Shown here one piece after another: positions 48,352 to 61,570 of a stretch of DNA of 64,000 nucleotides. The stretch's first letter is position 1. The number at the start of each line of letters is the position of its first letter. The notes beneath the pieces were generated by a model. That model worked only from the letters and a program-made list of their open reading frames with translations. It was not told where the DNA came from and did not search any database. This stretch comes from Heterodontus francisci (lineage: Eukaryota). Location of the stretch: contig NC_090374.1 in the NCBI RefSeq assembly GCF_036365525.1, forward strand, positions 13,619,168-13,683,167. Direction: 5' to 3'. The position numbers and the translations under genes were made by a program.

Positions 48352-51300
48352 GGCTGCTTCCTAATTAGGACTCCAAAGTGCATCAACGAGGTGCAGCTGA
48401 CAGTGCTGCAGTCAGTTGCTGGAGGTGCTGCTGGAGGAGTGCTGAGGAGAAACTGCAAAAACTTTGAACAACATTTGCTGCAGAGGAGGAAAGACTTTTG
48501 GAATAAGCCTGTATTTCGAGGTGGGTGTTGAGCACCAGACTTTTATTTCATTTGGACTGTTGTGGGAGGTGGAAGAGGCCAGAAAAACAAGGGGTGGGGG
48601 CTATACAATTCTGCAGGGAGCTGTGCAGTTGCACTAAAGTTGCAGGGAAGCTCCCTCCCCACCTCAATTGCCCAGCCCGAGTCAGCTGAAGCTGCCTGGC
48701 TAATATACAGAAGGGGATAAGTAGTGCCTGGGCAGTTTCAGCTGACCCAGGTGAAGACGCCTCCCCCAACCAGAAGACCGTAAGACCAAGTGTGCTGGCA
48801 GAGACTGTTTCAAGTGTGATGTGTGCACCACCTCCAGAAAGGAAAAGAAAGTCATCCCTTACAGCCTGTCTTTCCCTCTCCTCTATTCGCTCAGCCGCTC
48901 CCCTAACCTGTTGTTTGTTTGTTTGTTTTGTGCATCTTAAAGTTTTCAAGCCTACAATTTGGGGTGGGTTAGCTCTTAGACCCATGGCAAGCCCTTCATC
49001 ACAGGTGGCGGGGCCCTCTAAAACCTATGCAGCTGCAGCCTCTGTGGCTGCCCACGTGACCCCATCACCCTTTAAATTAATAATATCAAGCCATGGGGTG
49101 AAGAGCTATCCCTACCCCAACATGTCCACTGAGACCTGCGTGAAGGCAATGGCCGAGGTTGTCGGCCCTTCGGCCATTGTTGCGGCCTCAAAGATGTATG
49201 GGAGGCAGTGTTTTTTCTAAAGACCGAGCGGGCAGTGTCCCTGGCCCTGAATAAGGGGCTCACTGTGGGGGGGACCTTCCTGCCGGTGGACCCTCTGGGG
49301 GCCACTGCGCAGCGGATAATGTTATCCAACGTCCCACCCTTCATTCTCAGTGAGCTCCTCCTCCCTCACCTGCACCATCTGGGGGAGGTGAGGTCAGGGA
49401 TCACCCCAGTCCGGCTTGGTCTTCGGGAGCACAGCCTCCAACATGTCTACTCCTTCTGCCGCCAGTTATTTATGCAGCTGGCGCGGGAGGAGGACTCGGA
49501 AGGCCAATTTAATGTGCAGTTCCAGGGGATGGCCTACCGCGTCTTTTGGACCTCGGACGGGGCGCGGTGCCATGTCTGCAAGGCGGTGGGGCATGTTCGT
49601 AAGAACTGCCCCAACCTCCCGGCCGCCAGCTCCACCTCTGGGGCGAGGCCCCAGAGGGTCGGCCCTCCCAGCCGGAGTCCACCACCAACCAGGAGACACC
49701 TGACCCGGTTACAACTGAGAATGCTGCCCCATCTGCTGGGCCTGTGGGTGCTGGCGGAGCGGGAGATGGCTTCCTCCCTCCACCTCCGGTCTCGGTTCCG
49801 GCTGTATTTCTGGAGTCAGGAACTTCTGTCTCCCCTGGACCACTCATTGGCCTGGGGACGGAGGTGGAGGGGGGTCCTGGACTGCTGGCACCCACAGGCT
49901 CCAGTTTCACAGTAGAACCCAGAGAGGACTCCTCCGCCATCGATCCTGGGGGTGGGATTGTGACGGAGGCAGGACCAGCTAGCGCGGCCGGGATGTCCGC
50001 CCCACAGTGTGTGGTGGATGTGTCGGCCACTGGCAGTGACGACCCGGAGGAGGATGGGGATTCGGTGTGGGGCACGGAGGATGAACTTGATTCCATCGCC
50101 AGTGAGGTGGTGGAGTCCCTCGTGCCTCCCACCGAATCTCTCATCACCACGGCGGAACTCCGGGATTTCCTCGTGGCTTGCAGGGGTTGCCGCGATAAAG
50201 TTCAGCTGGCCCTCGGCCGTTGGTCGAATCTGGCGCTGATCAGACAGTCCGTCCGTGCTGCCCTGAAGAAAGCAGGCAAGCGCGCGGGCGTGAAACTGGT
50301 TGAGAGGCGCCGTTTTAATGTGTTCCTCAATGGGTTGCTGGGGGAGTGGAAGGCCAGGTGCACTTCCACTCGCTCCTCACAGTGAGCTGTTGGTGACGGG
50401 TTTTAAGTACCTTTGACATGAAGATAACCATAGCCAGCCTCAACATCAACGGCAGCAGGGGGTCTCACCACAGATTTCACAATCTCTCAGTCCTCAGGGA
50501 AGGGAGATACGCGGTGAGCTTTCTGCACTTTAACAACCGGCTGCTGGAGGACGAGCGATTTCGGGACTCGTTCTGTCAATTCTGGGCCGACTGGAGAAGG
50601 AAGCAGGGGGGCTTCCCCTCCTAGTGGCTATGGTGGGATGTGGGTAAGACTCACATCCGCGTCTTCTGTCAGGAGTACGCGAAGGGGTCGACCAAGAGGC
50701 GGGAAGCCGAGATCGGGCGCCTTGAGAGGGAGGTGTTCGACTTGGAGTCCCGCCTCGGTCATGCCGTCGTAGACCCGGCCCTGTGGCAGGCGTACAAAGA
50801 GAAGAAGGGCGTGCTGAGGGACCTGCAGCTCATACGGTCCCAAAGCACGTATGTGAGGTCGCGGATCCAGATCCTGGAAGATTTGGACTGCGCCGCACCC
50901 TTCTTCTACTCGCTGGAAAAATGGCCGGGGGTCCGTAAGCAGCTCATTGAGCTGCTGGCCGACGACGGATCCTCCATCACGGATCCGGAGGGAATGGGCC
51001 TCCTGGTCCGTACTTATTACAGTGCGTTGTTCTCTCCGGATCCGTCCAGCGAAGATGCGCGCAGAGTTTTGTGGGAGGACCTGCAGCAGGTCAGCCCGGA
51101 GGGCGCCGACGGACTGGAAGCTCCGCTCACGTTGGCGGAGCTGACTGGCACCCTCCACCAGCTCTCAAGGGGCAAATCCCCAGGGCTGGATGGGTTGACC
51201 GTGGAGTTCCTCAGGGCGTTCTGGGACGTCCTGGGGGACGATTACGCGCGGGTCCTGGGAGAAAGCCTGGCGACCGGGGAGATGCCCCTCTCGTGGTGAA

Positions 51301-53655
51301 GGGCGGTCATCGTCCTGCTGCCGAAGAGGGGCTATCTCCGCCTGCTTAAAAACTGGCGTCCGGTCTCCCTCCTCAGCACGGATTATAAGATCTTTGCCCG
51401 GGCTATGTCTACCCGCCTGGGCTCCGTGTTGGCCCACATGATCCACCCCGACCAGTCCTACACAGTCCCGGGCCGGTCCATCCAGGACAACATCCACCTG
51501 GTCCGGGACCTGGTCCATCTTTCCCAGAGGTCTGGTCAGTCAGTCGCCTTTCTCGTCCTCGATCAGGAGAAGGCGTTCGACAGGGTGGATCACGAATACC
51601 TTTTCGGGACTCTGCGCGCTTTCAGACTTGGGCCGCATTTCGTGGCCCGGGTCCGACTCTTATACGCCGCCGCAGTGTCTAGTCAAAGTTAACGGGTCCT
51701 TGACAGCGCCCCTTCGCTTTGGGAGAGGAGTGCATCAGGGATGCCCCATGTCCGGCCAATTGTATACCATCTGCGTGGAGCCCTTGCTGTGCCTGTTTCG
51801 CAGGAGGTTGACGGGATTGGCTCTGCGCGAGCCGGCCATGTGAGTTGTCCTCTCGGCTTATGCCGACGACGTGCTCCTCGCAGTCACAGATCCCGTTGAC
51901 TTGCGGAGGATGCGCGACTGCCAGCAGACCTTTTCTGCCGCGTCCTCCGCGAGCATCAACTGGGAGAAATGTTCCGGACTCCTGGTGGGTCAGTGGCGGG
52001 TGGACTCCCTGCCGGAGGAGATGCCACCTTTTGCATGGAGCACCACGCACCTCCTCTATCTGGGAGTCCACCTTAGCCCCGCTGAGGAAGCCTGGCCGGC
52101 AAACTGGCAGGAGTTGGAGGCGAAAGTCACCGCTCGGCTGGGGCGCTGGACAGGACTGCTCCGAGTGCTTTCCTAGAGGGGCCGAGCGCTGGTCATAAAC
52201 CAACTGGTGACCTCCATGCTGTGGTACCGGTTGGTCACTTTGGCCCCGCCCTCTGTAATTGCCACCAAGATCCAGAAGAAACTCGTCGATTTCTTCTGGG
52301 GCAAGAGGAAACACTGGATCTCTGCCGCGGTCCTGAGTCTCCCGATTGAGGAGGGCGGCCAGTTGCTGGTGTGCGTCCGCACCCAGGCTGCGACTCTCCG
52401 CCTTTGGACCCTGCAGAGATACCTGTACGTCGAGCGTCCTCCCAGATGGTGTGCACTGGCGACGTATTTTTTCCGCCAGTGTCACTGCCTTCAAGACGAC
52501 ACGCAGCTCCCGGTGGAGTCCGTTAGCCGCGCCTCTCTGAGGGAGTTGCCTGTCTTTTACTGGGATCTATTCCGAGTCTGGAACATGGGCGCCTCCAGTC
52601 AGGGCGCTCCCCCGCCGGCGGAGGAGAGCGCCTCGGCTGTCCGGGCGGCCGACTCCGGGGACGGTCCGGCAGGCGGAGGAGTAGTCGAAACCCCCTGGAC
52701 GCCCCTCACTGCAGGTGGGGAGGGGGCTCGTGAGTGCGGAACTCTCCCGGCCGAGCTGACCTCCGCTCGGCCGGAACTGCTCATCGGACCCAGGCCCCGA
52801 AACCCTCCTCGGGAGCTGGTCCCACACAACCCGAGCCGCCTCTCGGAAATGCCCTCCGTGCCATTCCAATCGGTGCGGGGGAGTTTCCTGTACGGGCTGC
52901 TCCTGTACACTCTCCACTTCCTCGCCCTCGTCAGCTGGCCGGACACGCCCTGGCGGTCCGCGTTGCTATCTGGCGGCGAGGGAAACCCCGATGGAGGCCT
53001 CTCTACGTGGGAGTCTTCCCCCTTTATTTTGGGGACCTGGGGTGGAGGGCAGTCCCGTGCAATCGACTTTTAAGTAGGTTCACGGACTCCCAGGCCGCCT
53101 GTACTTTCTGCAGCCTGGACATGTCCGTGTTTCACATATATACCGAGTGTGCGAGGTTGCAGCCCCTCTTTGAGTATTTGAAGGGGCTGCTCCTCAAGTT
53201 CTGGCTGCACTTCAGTCCCATGCTCCTGATCTTTGGGCACCCGGTGCGGAGGGGCGTGGGCCGGGAGGAGGATCTCCTCGTCGGTCTGCTCCTGGCCTGG
53301 CCAAGGTGGCAATTCACAGGTCCAGGCTGCGGGCCGTCGGGGGGGTCTGTCCTTCCCGATTGCCTGCCCCTCTTCCGCGGTTATGTTTGCGCCCGGGTGT
53401 CCCTGGAGAGGGAGCATGCGGTGTCTGCCAGTACGCTTGAGGCCTTCCGTGAGCGGTGGGCACCGCAGGGACTGGAGTGCATCATCGATGCTGAGAATGG
53501 CATTTTAATTTGAGTTTTTTGTTTATTTATCTGTTTTTAATAGTTATTTTAAAAATATGTATATAAAGGGGGCCTGAGGAATAAAGGCCCCCTCGACATG
53601 AAATATATAAAAGGGGCCTGGGGTATAAAGGTCACCTTCAAGGAAAAAAAAAAAA
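48352..53655 (+). mobile_element. Nearly full-length Tx1-clade LINE (L1 group), pseudogenised
   Basis: ORF1 from 48984 has the CCHC knuckle CHVCKAVGHVRKNC. ORF2 from 50418 (MKITIASLNING) has a large EN deletion near 50525, RT motifs DQEKAFDRV, QGCPMSG and YADD, and a C-terminal Cys/His motif. Also a 3'UTR hairpin, an A12 tail and a probable TSD (tggggtt/tggagtt). Confidence 0.92.
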
Positions 53656-56600
53656 TGGAGTTAAATACAGAGTAAACCTCCCTCTCCGCTGTCCCAGCAA
53701 ACACTTGCATGTCAGCTGTTTGGTCTATGTACACTCTTTAGAACATCTATACTTACTCTCCTGATCCCTTCTGCCAGAATGTATCACTTCACACTTGTCT
53801 GTATTAAAGTCCATCTGCCACTTGTCTGCGCATTCTGCAAGTCCAGTCCTGTTGCAGTCAATTGGTATCATACTGTTTGCCCACCTCCAAGTTTGATATC
53901 ATGGACAAAGTTTGAAATTTTGCTCTATATTCCAATATCCAATATCCAAGCCATTATATATATGTATTTTTAAAAAAGCAATGGTCCTCGCATTGAATCT
54001 TAGGGAACACCAATGTATATTATCTTTCAGTCTGAAAAACAACAATTTACCAGTTTTCTCTCTTTAAGCCAATTTTTTTTTTCATTCAAGTTGACACTCC
54101 CTCCTAGTCCATGAGCCTTTTAACCAGCCTTTTCTGTGGTACTTTCTCAAATGCTTTCTTAAAGTTCATAGACAACATCCATTATTTTCCCTTCATCAAC
54201 CTTCTCTTGTTACTTCATCAGAAAATTTAATTAGAATTTCAATTATCAGCAAAGTGATGGAAGGCATAATCAACAATGCTGTCAAGCATCACTTCCTCAC
54301 TAATAACCTGCTCACCATGCTTAGTTTGGGTTCCGCCAGGACCACTAGGTTCCAGACCTCATTACAGCCTTGGTCCAAACATGGACAAAAGAGCTGAAAT
54401 CCACAGGTCAGGTTGAGAGTAACTGCCCTTGATCTGATGTAAGCATTTGATCTGTCAAAACTCTTTATAATTTTGAACTCAGTTTCATCTCCCATTAAAC
54501 TTCTCTGCTCTAAGAAGAAAAATCCTAATTTCTCTAATCTCTCCACATGAAGCAAGTTCTTCATCCCTCCTATCATTCTCATTCAATCGTCTCAGCCCCA
54601 GGATATCACTGTAGAAGTACCTCCGGGCAGTGTCCTAGGCCCAACTATCTTCAGCTGCTTCATTAATACCTTGCCCTCCCTCAAAAGGTTCACTGATAGC
54701 ACAATGTTCAGTTCCATTTGCAACTCCTCGGATAATGAAGCAGTGTGTGGCTGCATGCAGGAAGACCTAGACAACATTCTGATGAAAGGTCACTGACCTG
54801 AAACGTTAACTCTGCTTCTCTCGCACAGATGCTGCCAGACCTGCTGAGTATTTCCAACATTTTTTTTTGTATTCATTTCAGATTTCCGGCATCTGCAGTA
54901 TTTTGCTTTTATTTTAGACAACATTCAGGCTTGGGCTGATATGTGGCAAATAATATTTATGCTGCACGAGTACCAGGCACTGACTATCTGCAATGAAAGA
55001 GTCTAACCTCTTCCCCTTGACATTCAACTGCATTACCTTCACCGAATACCCCACCATCAACATTTTGGGAATCACCATTGACCAGAAACTTAACTGGACA
55101 AACCATACAAACCATACTGTGGCTACAAGAGCAGGTCACAGGCTGGGAATTCTGCAGAGAGTGACTCACCTCTTAACTCCCCAAAGCCTTTCCAACATCT
55201 ACGAACATACGAATTAGGTGCAATAGTAGGCCACTTGGCCGCTCGAGCCTGCTCTGCCATTCAACATCATGGCTGATCTGAATGTAACCTCAATTCAACA
55301 TTCCCACCTACCCCCAATAACCTTTCAGCCCCTTGCTTATCAAGAATCTATCTACCTCTGGCTTAAAAATATTCAAAGACTACTTCCACCACCTTTTGAG
55401 GAAGAGTGTTTAAAAGACTCTCAACCCTCTGAGAGAAAATAATTCTCCTCATCTCTGTCTTAAATGTGGGACCCCCTAATTCTAGATTCTCCCACAAGTG
55501 GAAACACCATTTTTTGACAGGGAATCCACCCTGTCAAGACCTCTCAAGATCTTATATGTTTCAACCAAGTCTCTTACTCTTCTAAACTCCAGTGGATACA
55601 AGCCTAGCCTGTCCAACCTTTCGTCATAAGACAACCCACCCATTCCAGGTATTAGTATATTAAACGTCTATGAACTGCTTTCAACGCATTTACATCCTTC
55701 CTTAAATAAGGAGACGAATACCATGCACAGTACTCCAGATGTAGTCTCACCAATGCCCTGTATAGCTGAAGCATAACCTCCTTACTTTTGTATACAATTT
55801 CCCTCATAATAAACGATAACATTCTATTAGCTTTCCCAATTACTTGCTGTACATGTATACTAACCTTTTGTGATTCATGCATGATGACACCCAGATCCCT
55901 CTGCATCTGAGCTCTGCAAGCTCTCACCATTTAGATAATGTGCTCCTTTTTTATTCTTCCTTCCAAAATGGACAATTCACATTTTCCTACATTATATTCT
56001 ATTTGCCAGATCTTTGCCCACTCATTTAACCTACCTACATTCCTTTGTAGCCCCCTTATGTCCTCTTCGCAACTTATTTTCCTACCCATCTTTGTGTCAT
56101 GAGCAAATTTAGCATCCATACATCATCTCTTCTTCTAAGTCATTTATAGAAATTGTAAAAAGTTGAGGCCGCAGCACTGATCCCTGCAGCACACCACTCG
56201 TTACATCTTGTCAACCAGAAAATGACCCATTTATGCCTACTCTCTGTTTCCAGTTAGCTAGCCAATCTTCTATCTGTGCCACTATGTTACCCACTACATC
56301 ATGAGCTTTAATTTTCCACAATAACCTTTGATGTGGTACTTTATCAAATGTCTTTTAGAAATCTAAATACAGTACATCCACCGGTTCCCCTTTATCCACA
56401 GCACATGTTACTTCAAAGTCCAATAAATTGGTTAAACATGATTTCCCTTTCATAAAGCCATTTTTCTAAGTGCCCTGCTATAACGTCGTTAATAAGCTTC
56501 CAACATTTTCCCTATGACAGATGTTAAGCTAACTGGCCTGGTAGTTTCCTGCTTTCTGTCGCCCTCCCTTTTTGGAATAAAGGAGTTACATTCCAACCTA

Positions 56601-56820
56601 ATGGAACCTTCGCTGAATCTAGGAAATTTTGGAAAATTAAAACCAATGCATCAACTACCTCACTAGCGACTTCTTTTAAGATCCTAGGATGAAGTCCATC
56701 AGGACCCGGGGACTTGTCAGCCAGCAGCTCCAACAATTTGCTCAGCACCACTTCCCTGGTGATTGTAATTTTCTTGAGTTCCTTTCTCTCTTTCATTTCC
56801 TAATTTACATCTATTTCTGG

Positions 56821-59025
56821 TGTCAGGCAAGTCCCCCACCTGCCAAGAAGGAGGAAAATTAATTTCGCCACATGAACATTGATTTTAAACAGTTGTTGGT
56901 GAAGAAAGAACTCTCTTTAAAATAACAATTGGAGACTTTGGCTGGACAGAGACATTAGCATATTCACAGACAGTACTTCAAGGAACAAAGGGGCTATTCC
57001 CTGCTCCAATTTAATTTTTTTTTATTTTTTTATTTATTTAGAGATACAGCACTGAAACAGGCCCTTCGGCCCACCGAGTCTGTGCCGACCATCAACCACC
57101 CATTTATACTAATCCTACACTAATCCCATATTCCTACAACATCCCCACCTGTCCCTATATTTCCCTACCACCTACCTCAACTAGGGGCAATTTATAATGG
57201 CCAATTTACCTATCAACTGCAAGTCTTTTGGTGGTGGGAGGAAACGGGAGAACCCGGCGCAAACCCACGCAGACACGGAGAAATTGCAAACTCCACACAG
57301 GCAGTACCCAGAATTGAACCCGGGTCGCTGGAGCTGTGAGGCTGTGGTGCTAACCACTGCGCCACTGTGCTGCCCATAATCCACAATGGACTTTTGATTA
57401 CCAGACGTTGAAGGTGGAAAGGCTAGCATTCCAGGTTAACTACTAAGATGGCCGAATACACAGAAGAAGTGGTCAAACCAGTTTAATTACATGACTGACT
57501 GGCTGTTGGTTTTTTGAATTTTGAACTTGCCACAGAGTGTTTGAAACTCAGACGGTTGTTAGCTCCTGGACTGAGAACACCTCTCTTCACCTACTCCTAT
57601 CTCTTTCACACGGAACTGAAGAACCATTGAAGACACGGAAACTCAAAGAGAGGAAAGTCTCCTACGTGAACAAGGTTTAAGAAGAATACTGGGCCTCAAT
57701 GGAAAATAAGAGCTGTCTACAATCAAAGACTCGATAGCAAGCTGTAAACACAGAAATAGTAATGTCAGGCAAACACCCACCTGCCAAGAATGAGGAAAAT
57801 TAATTTTGCCACATGAACATTGATTTTTAACTGCTGATGGTGAAGAAAGAACTTGCTTTAAAAAACAGTTTGAAACTTTGGCTGGAGAGAGACATTAGCA
57901 TATCCACAGACAGTACTTCAAAGAACAAAGGGGCTATTCCCTGCTCCAATTTAATCTACAATGGACTTTAGACTACCAGATGTTGAAGGTGGATAGGATA
58001 GTACTCCAGGTTAATGGCTAAAATGGCCGAATACACAAACAGATGTGTTCGGACCGGTTTGATCGCATGGCTGGCTGACTGTTGGAGTTGTTTGAATTTT
58101 AAACTGAGTTTGAAATTCAGAAGGCTGTTTTCTCCTGGACTGAGAACACCTCTCTCCTGTCTGCTCTTATCTCGCTCTCACCAGCTTCGGAAACCTTGAA
58201 GACATGAGCACCAAGAGAGAAAAGTCTCCTACAGTGAACAAAGTTTAAGAAGAATACTGGGTCCCAACGAAAAGTAAGAGCTGTCTACAATCAAGGAGCT
58301 GGAACCACAGAAACAGTAACAAGAAACCCCCTTTGGAGACTGCCTCAAACCTCTCCATTTTATTTTTCTTCTGCTCTTTTCTGTCCCTATTTGCATGTGT
58401 GTATCGCGTGTGCATGCCAGCATGGGCGTGTCGTATATCCGTAGGCGTTGCCGTATTAGAGTTTAAGATTAAGTTTAAGGTTTAATAAATTTCACTTTTC
58501 TTCTTTAAACCTAATGAAAACCTGGTGCGCTCATTTCTTTGCTTTATAGTTGGAAAGCTATGAACAAGGATTCACAAAGGGGGAGCTCAAAACAGTGTGT
58601 TAAAATCAAACTCTATTACAATAAGACCAGGTGAAGACAGTAAAAGATCCCCTAGACACCTTTCTCACCTGGCCATAACAGTAACAAGAAACCCTCTTCT
58701 GATATTGCCTCAAACTGCTCTTCTCTGTCTCTATTTGCATGTGCATATCGCGTACGCATGCTAGCGTGGGACATGGCATGTAATCCGTAGGTGTTAACTG
58801 AATTAGAGTTTAAGTTTAAGGTTTAATAAAATTTCACTTTTCTTCTTTAAACCAAAGAAAACTTGTTTATACTCATTTCTTTGCTTTATAATTGGAAAGT
58901 GGTGAACAAGGATTCACCAAAGGGGAAGCTCAAAACACAGTGTGTTTAAAAACTAAACCCTGCTACAATAAGACCAGGTGAAGACAGTAACAGACCCTAG
59001 ACACCTTACTCACCTGGTTGTAACA
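56821..59025 (+). mobile_element. Solo LTR (outer) with 4-bp TSD CTGG
   Basis: Runs TGTCAGG...GTTGTAACA and is flanked by ctgg on both sides. Contains an HE1-like SINE (~57016-57375, minus strand) and a nested LTR. Confidence 0.88.
57763..58680 (+). mobile_element. Solo LTR (inner, same family) with 4-bp TSD GTAA
   Basis: Runs TGTCAGG...CATAACA and is flanked by gtaa on both sides. Confidence 0.9.
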
Positions 59026-59082
59026 CTGGGATATTACTTGTACACTCTATAATGAAGATCGATGCAAAATACCTGTTCAATT

Positions 59083-60046
59083 TGTTATGATCTTGTAGTT
59101 TTTTGGGGGGAAGAATGTGGTGTGCCTTTAAGGCTGGGAAAAGGAGCCATCCTGCTTTAAGGCAGCAAGTTCCAGAAGCTGAGTCAAAGAATGCATTTTC
59201 GTTTCCCGGGGATACAGCCATTCAGAAACTGCGATTCAAAGGGTGCATTCTCGTTGCCTTGGGTACAGCCACTTGGACTGAGCATCGAGAAATACATTTG
59301 TTACAATTTAATTTTGAACTGGCTTATAGTGACAACAGCCTGTACTAACAGAGAAACAGACAGACAGCTATGTGTTATCACCTGAATGAATGCTGTCAGA
59401 CCATTTAAACTGAAGCAAGAGAATTTAGTCTGTTTATTTATTATTGTCTCAAAATTCTGAAATGTCAAGCCAAAACAGAGATCTCTGAGAATTTAAACTG
59501 AAGGAAGGGAAATTAGACTGTGGCAATCTTTTATCCCTCAAAAATTCTAAAGCCAAATTGATTCATTAAAAAGTGTTTGCAAGTTGTTAATTGTAGAAAT
59601 TCATCACTGGAGAAGGAAAGCAACAATTTCGATTTCTGGATTAGACTACGGACTGTTCTACTGCTGAAGAACCTTTTCTCCCCCATCGGACGGCTGTGAG
59701 GACTTCAAGCAACCTTGGACTGTTTAACATCCAGCAGGAGCGTAAATTTGCAAAGACTCTAATTTTTTCTATTTTAAATGTTGTTTATATCTTCGTGGCG
59801 TTTAAGAATATAGCTTTTCTAATTAAGCGGTTAATTTGTTGATTTAAAGACACCTGGTTTGTTTAGCCTCATTCGGGGGTGAATGGATGGTACAATTTGG
59901 CTGGGTCTTTCTTTAATTTGGAAAGTTTAAAATGATATGTTAGGTGATCTGTGGAGAGACGGGATTGAATTAACAGTGTGTTTCTCCCACCACCATCAGA
60001 ATCGTATATTTTGATTGGGGGCTTGGCTGAGTGGTTGGTCGTAACA
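59083..60046 (+). mobile_element. Solo LTR of a second family
   Basis: Inverted termini TGTTATGA...TCGTAACA; interrupts the old CR1. TSD not clear. Confidence 0.7.
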
Positions 60047-60274
60047 CATCTGCCATCTCCTTATTTTCCATTATTAATTGCCCAGATTCACTTTCTATAG
60101 GACCAACACTCACTTTGTTTACTCATTTCTTTTTGAAATATCTATAGAAACTCTTACTATCTGTTTTTATTTTTCTAGCTAGCTTTCTCACGTACTCTAA
60201 TTTTTCCCTCCTTATTAATCTTTTAGTCATTCTTTGCTGTTTTTGATATTCTATCCAATCTTCTGATCTTAGCA

Positions 60275-61495
60275 TGAATTGATAATTGGTTAATGGACAG
60301 CAAATAGAAAGTAGGAATAAACAGGACTTTTTCAGGTTGGCAGGCTGTAACTAGCGGGGTACCGGAGGGATCAGTGCTGGGTCTCAGCTATTTACAAACT
60401 ACATTAATGGCTTAGATGAAAGGACTGTGTAGAATATATCCAAGCTTGATGATGATACAAAGCTAAGTGGAAAAGTAAGCTGTGAGGAGAACAGAAAGAG
60501 GCAACAAAGGGATACAGACCGTTTTAAGTGAGTGGTTGAGAAGTTGGCAGATGGAGTATAATGTGGGGAACTGTAAAATTATCCACTTTGGTAAAAAGAA
60601 TGAAAAATTAGAATTTTTTTTGAAAAGGTGACAGACTAGTTCAAGCCTAAGCAAAAGCAAAATACTGCAGATGTTGGAAATCTGAAATGAAAACAGAAAA
60701 TGCAAGAAATTCTAAACTGGTCTGGCAGTATCTGTAGAGAGAGAAACAGAGTTAAATTTTCAGGTCGATACCTTTCATCATAACAGACTAGCAAATGTTG
60801 GTATTCATTTGGGTATCCTTGGACATGAGTCACAGAGAGTTAACATGTAGGTCAGACAGCAATTAGGAAAGTAAATGGTATGTTACCCTTTACTGCCAGG
60901 GGATTGGGGTTTTAGAATAAGGATGTCTTGCTGCAATTATACAAGGATTTGGTGAGACCACTCCTAGAGTACTGTATATAGTTCTGGTCTCTGTACCTAA
61001 GAAAGAATATAGTTGACTAGAGGGAATGTGTAATGAAGGTTCACTCGAATGATTCCTGGGAGCAGAAGCTTGTCCTACGAGGAGAGATTGAGTAGAATAG
61101 ACCTATAGAGTTTAGAATCATGAGAGGTGTTGTCATTGAAAAGTAGAAAATTCTTTGAGGGCTTGACACAGTAGATACCGAGAGGCCTGATTAGAGATTC
61201 TAGCACAAACGGTCATAATCGCAGGATAAGGGGTTGGCCACTTAGAACTAAGAGCAGAACAAATTCTTCAGTCACAGAGTTGTGATTCTTTGGAATTCTC
61301 TACTCCAGAGAGCTGTGGATGCTCAGTCGTTGAATATATTCAAGACTGAGATTGATAGATTTTTGGGCACTAAGGAATAGAGGGATGGGCTGGGTAAGAG
61401 AAGTTGATGTGGAAGCTCAGTCATGATCTTGATGAATGGCAGAGCAGGCTCAAGGGGCTGCACAACCTACGCCTGTTCCTATTTCTTATGTTCTT
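60275..61495 (+). mobile_element. Old CR1 3' fragment
   Basis: Degenerate RT C-terminal region and 3'UTR. Confidence 0.75.
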
Positions 61496-61570
61496 GAGAT
61501 GGTGTAGAGGGATGGGCAGCAAATGCTGGCCTAGCCAGCGATGCCCACATCCTGCGAACGAATAAAAAAA

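Larger units (their letters stand above)
55200..60270 (-). mobile_element. Old CR1 split by solo LTRs (pieces 55200-56820, 59026-59082, 60047-60270)
   Basis: Colinear RT fragments (DKSPGPDGLHPRILKE, LEYC). Confidence 0.78.

Noticed and set aside
49416-53508. Many overlapping GC-rich ORFs as novel genes
   Set aside because: They are alternative-frame or antisense shadows of the frameshifted Tx1 ORF1 and ORF2. The same applies to the antisense ORFs over the CR1 copies.
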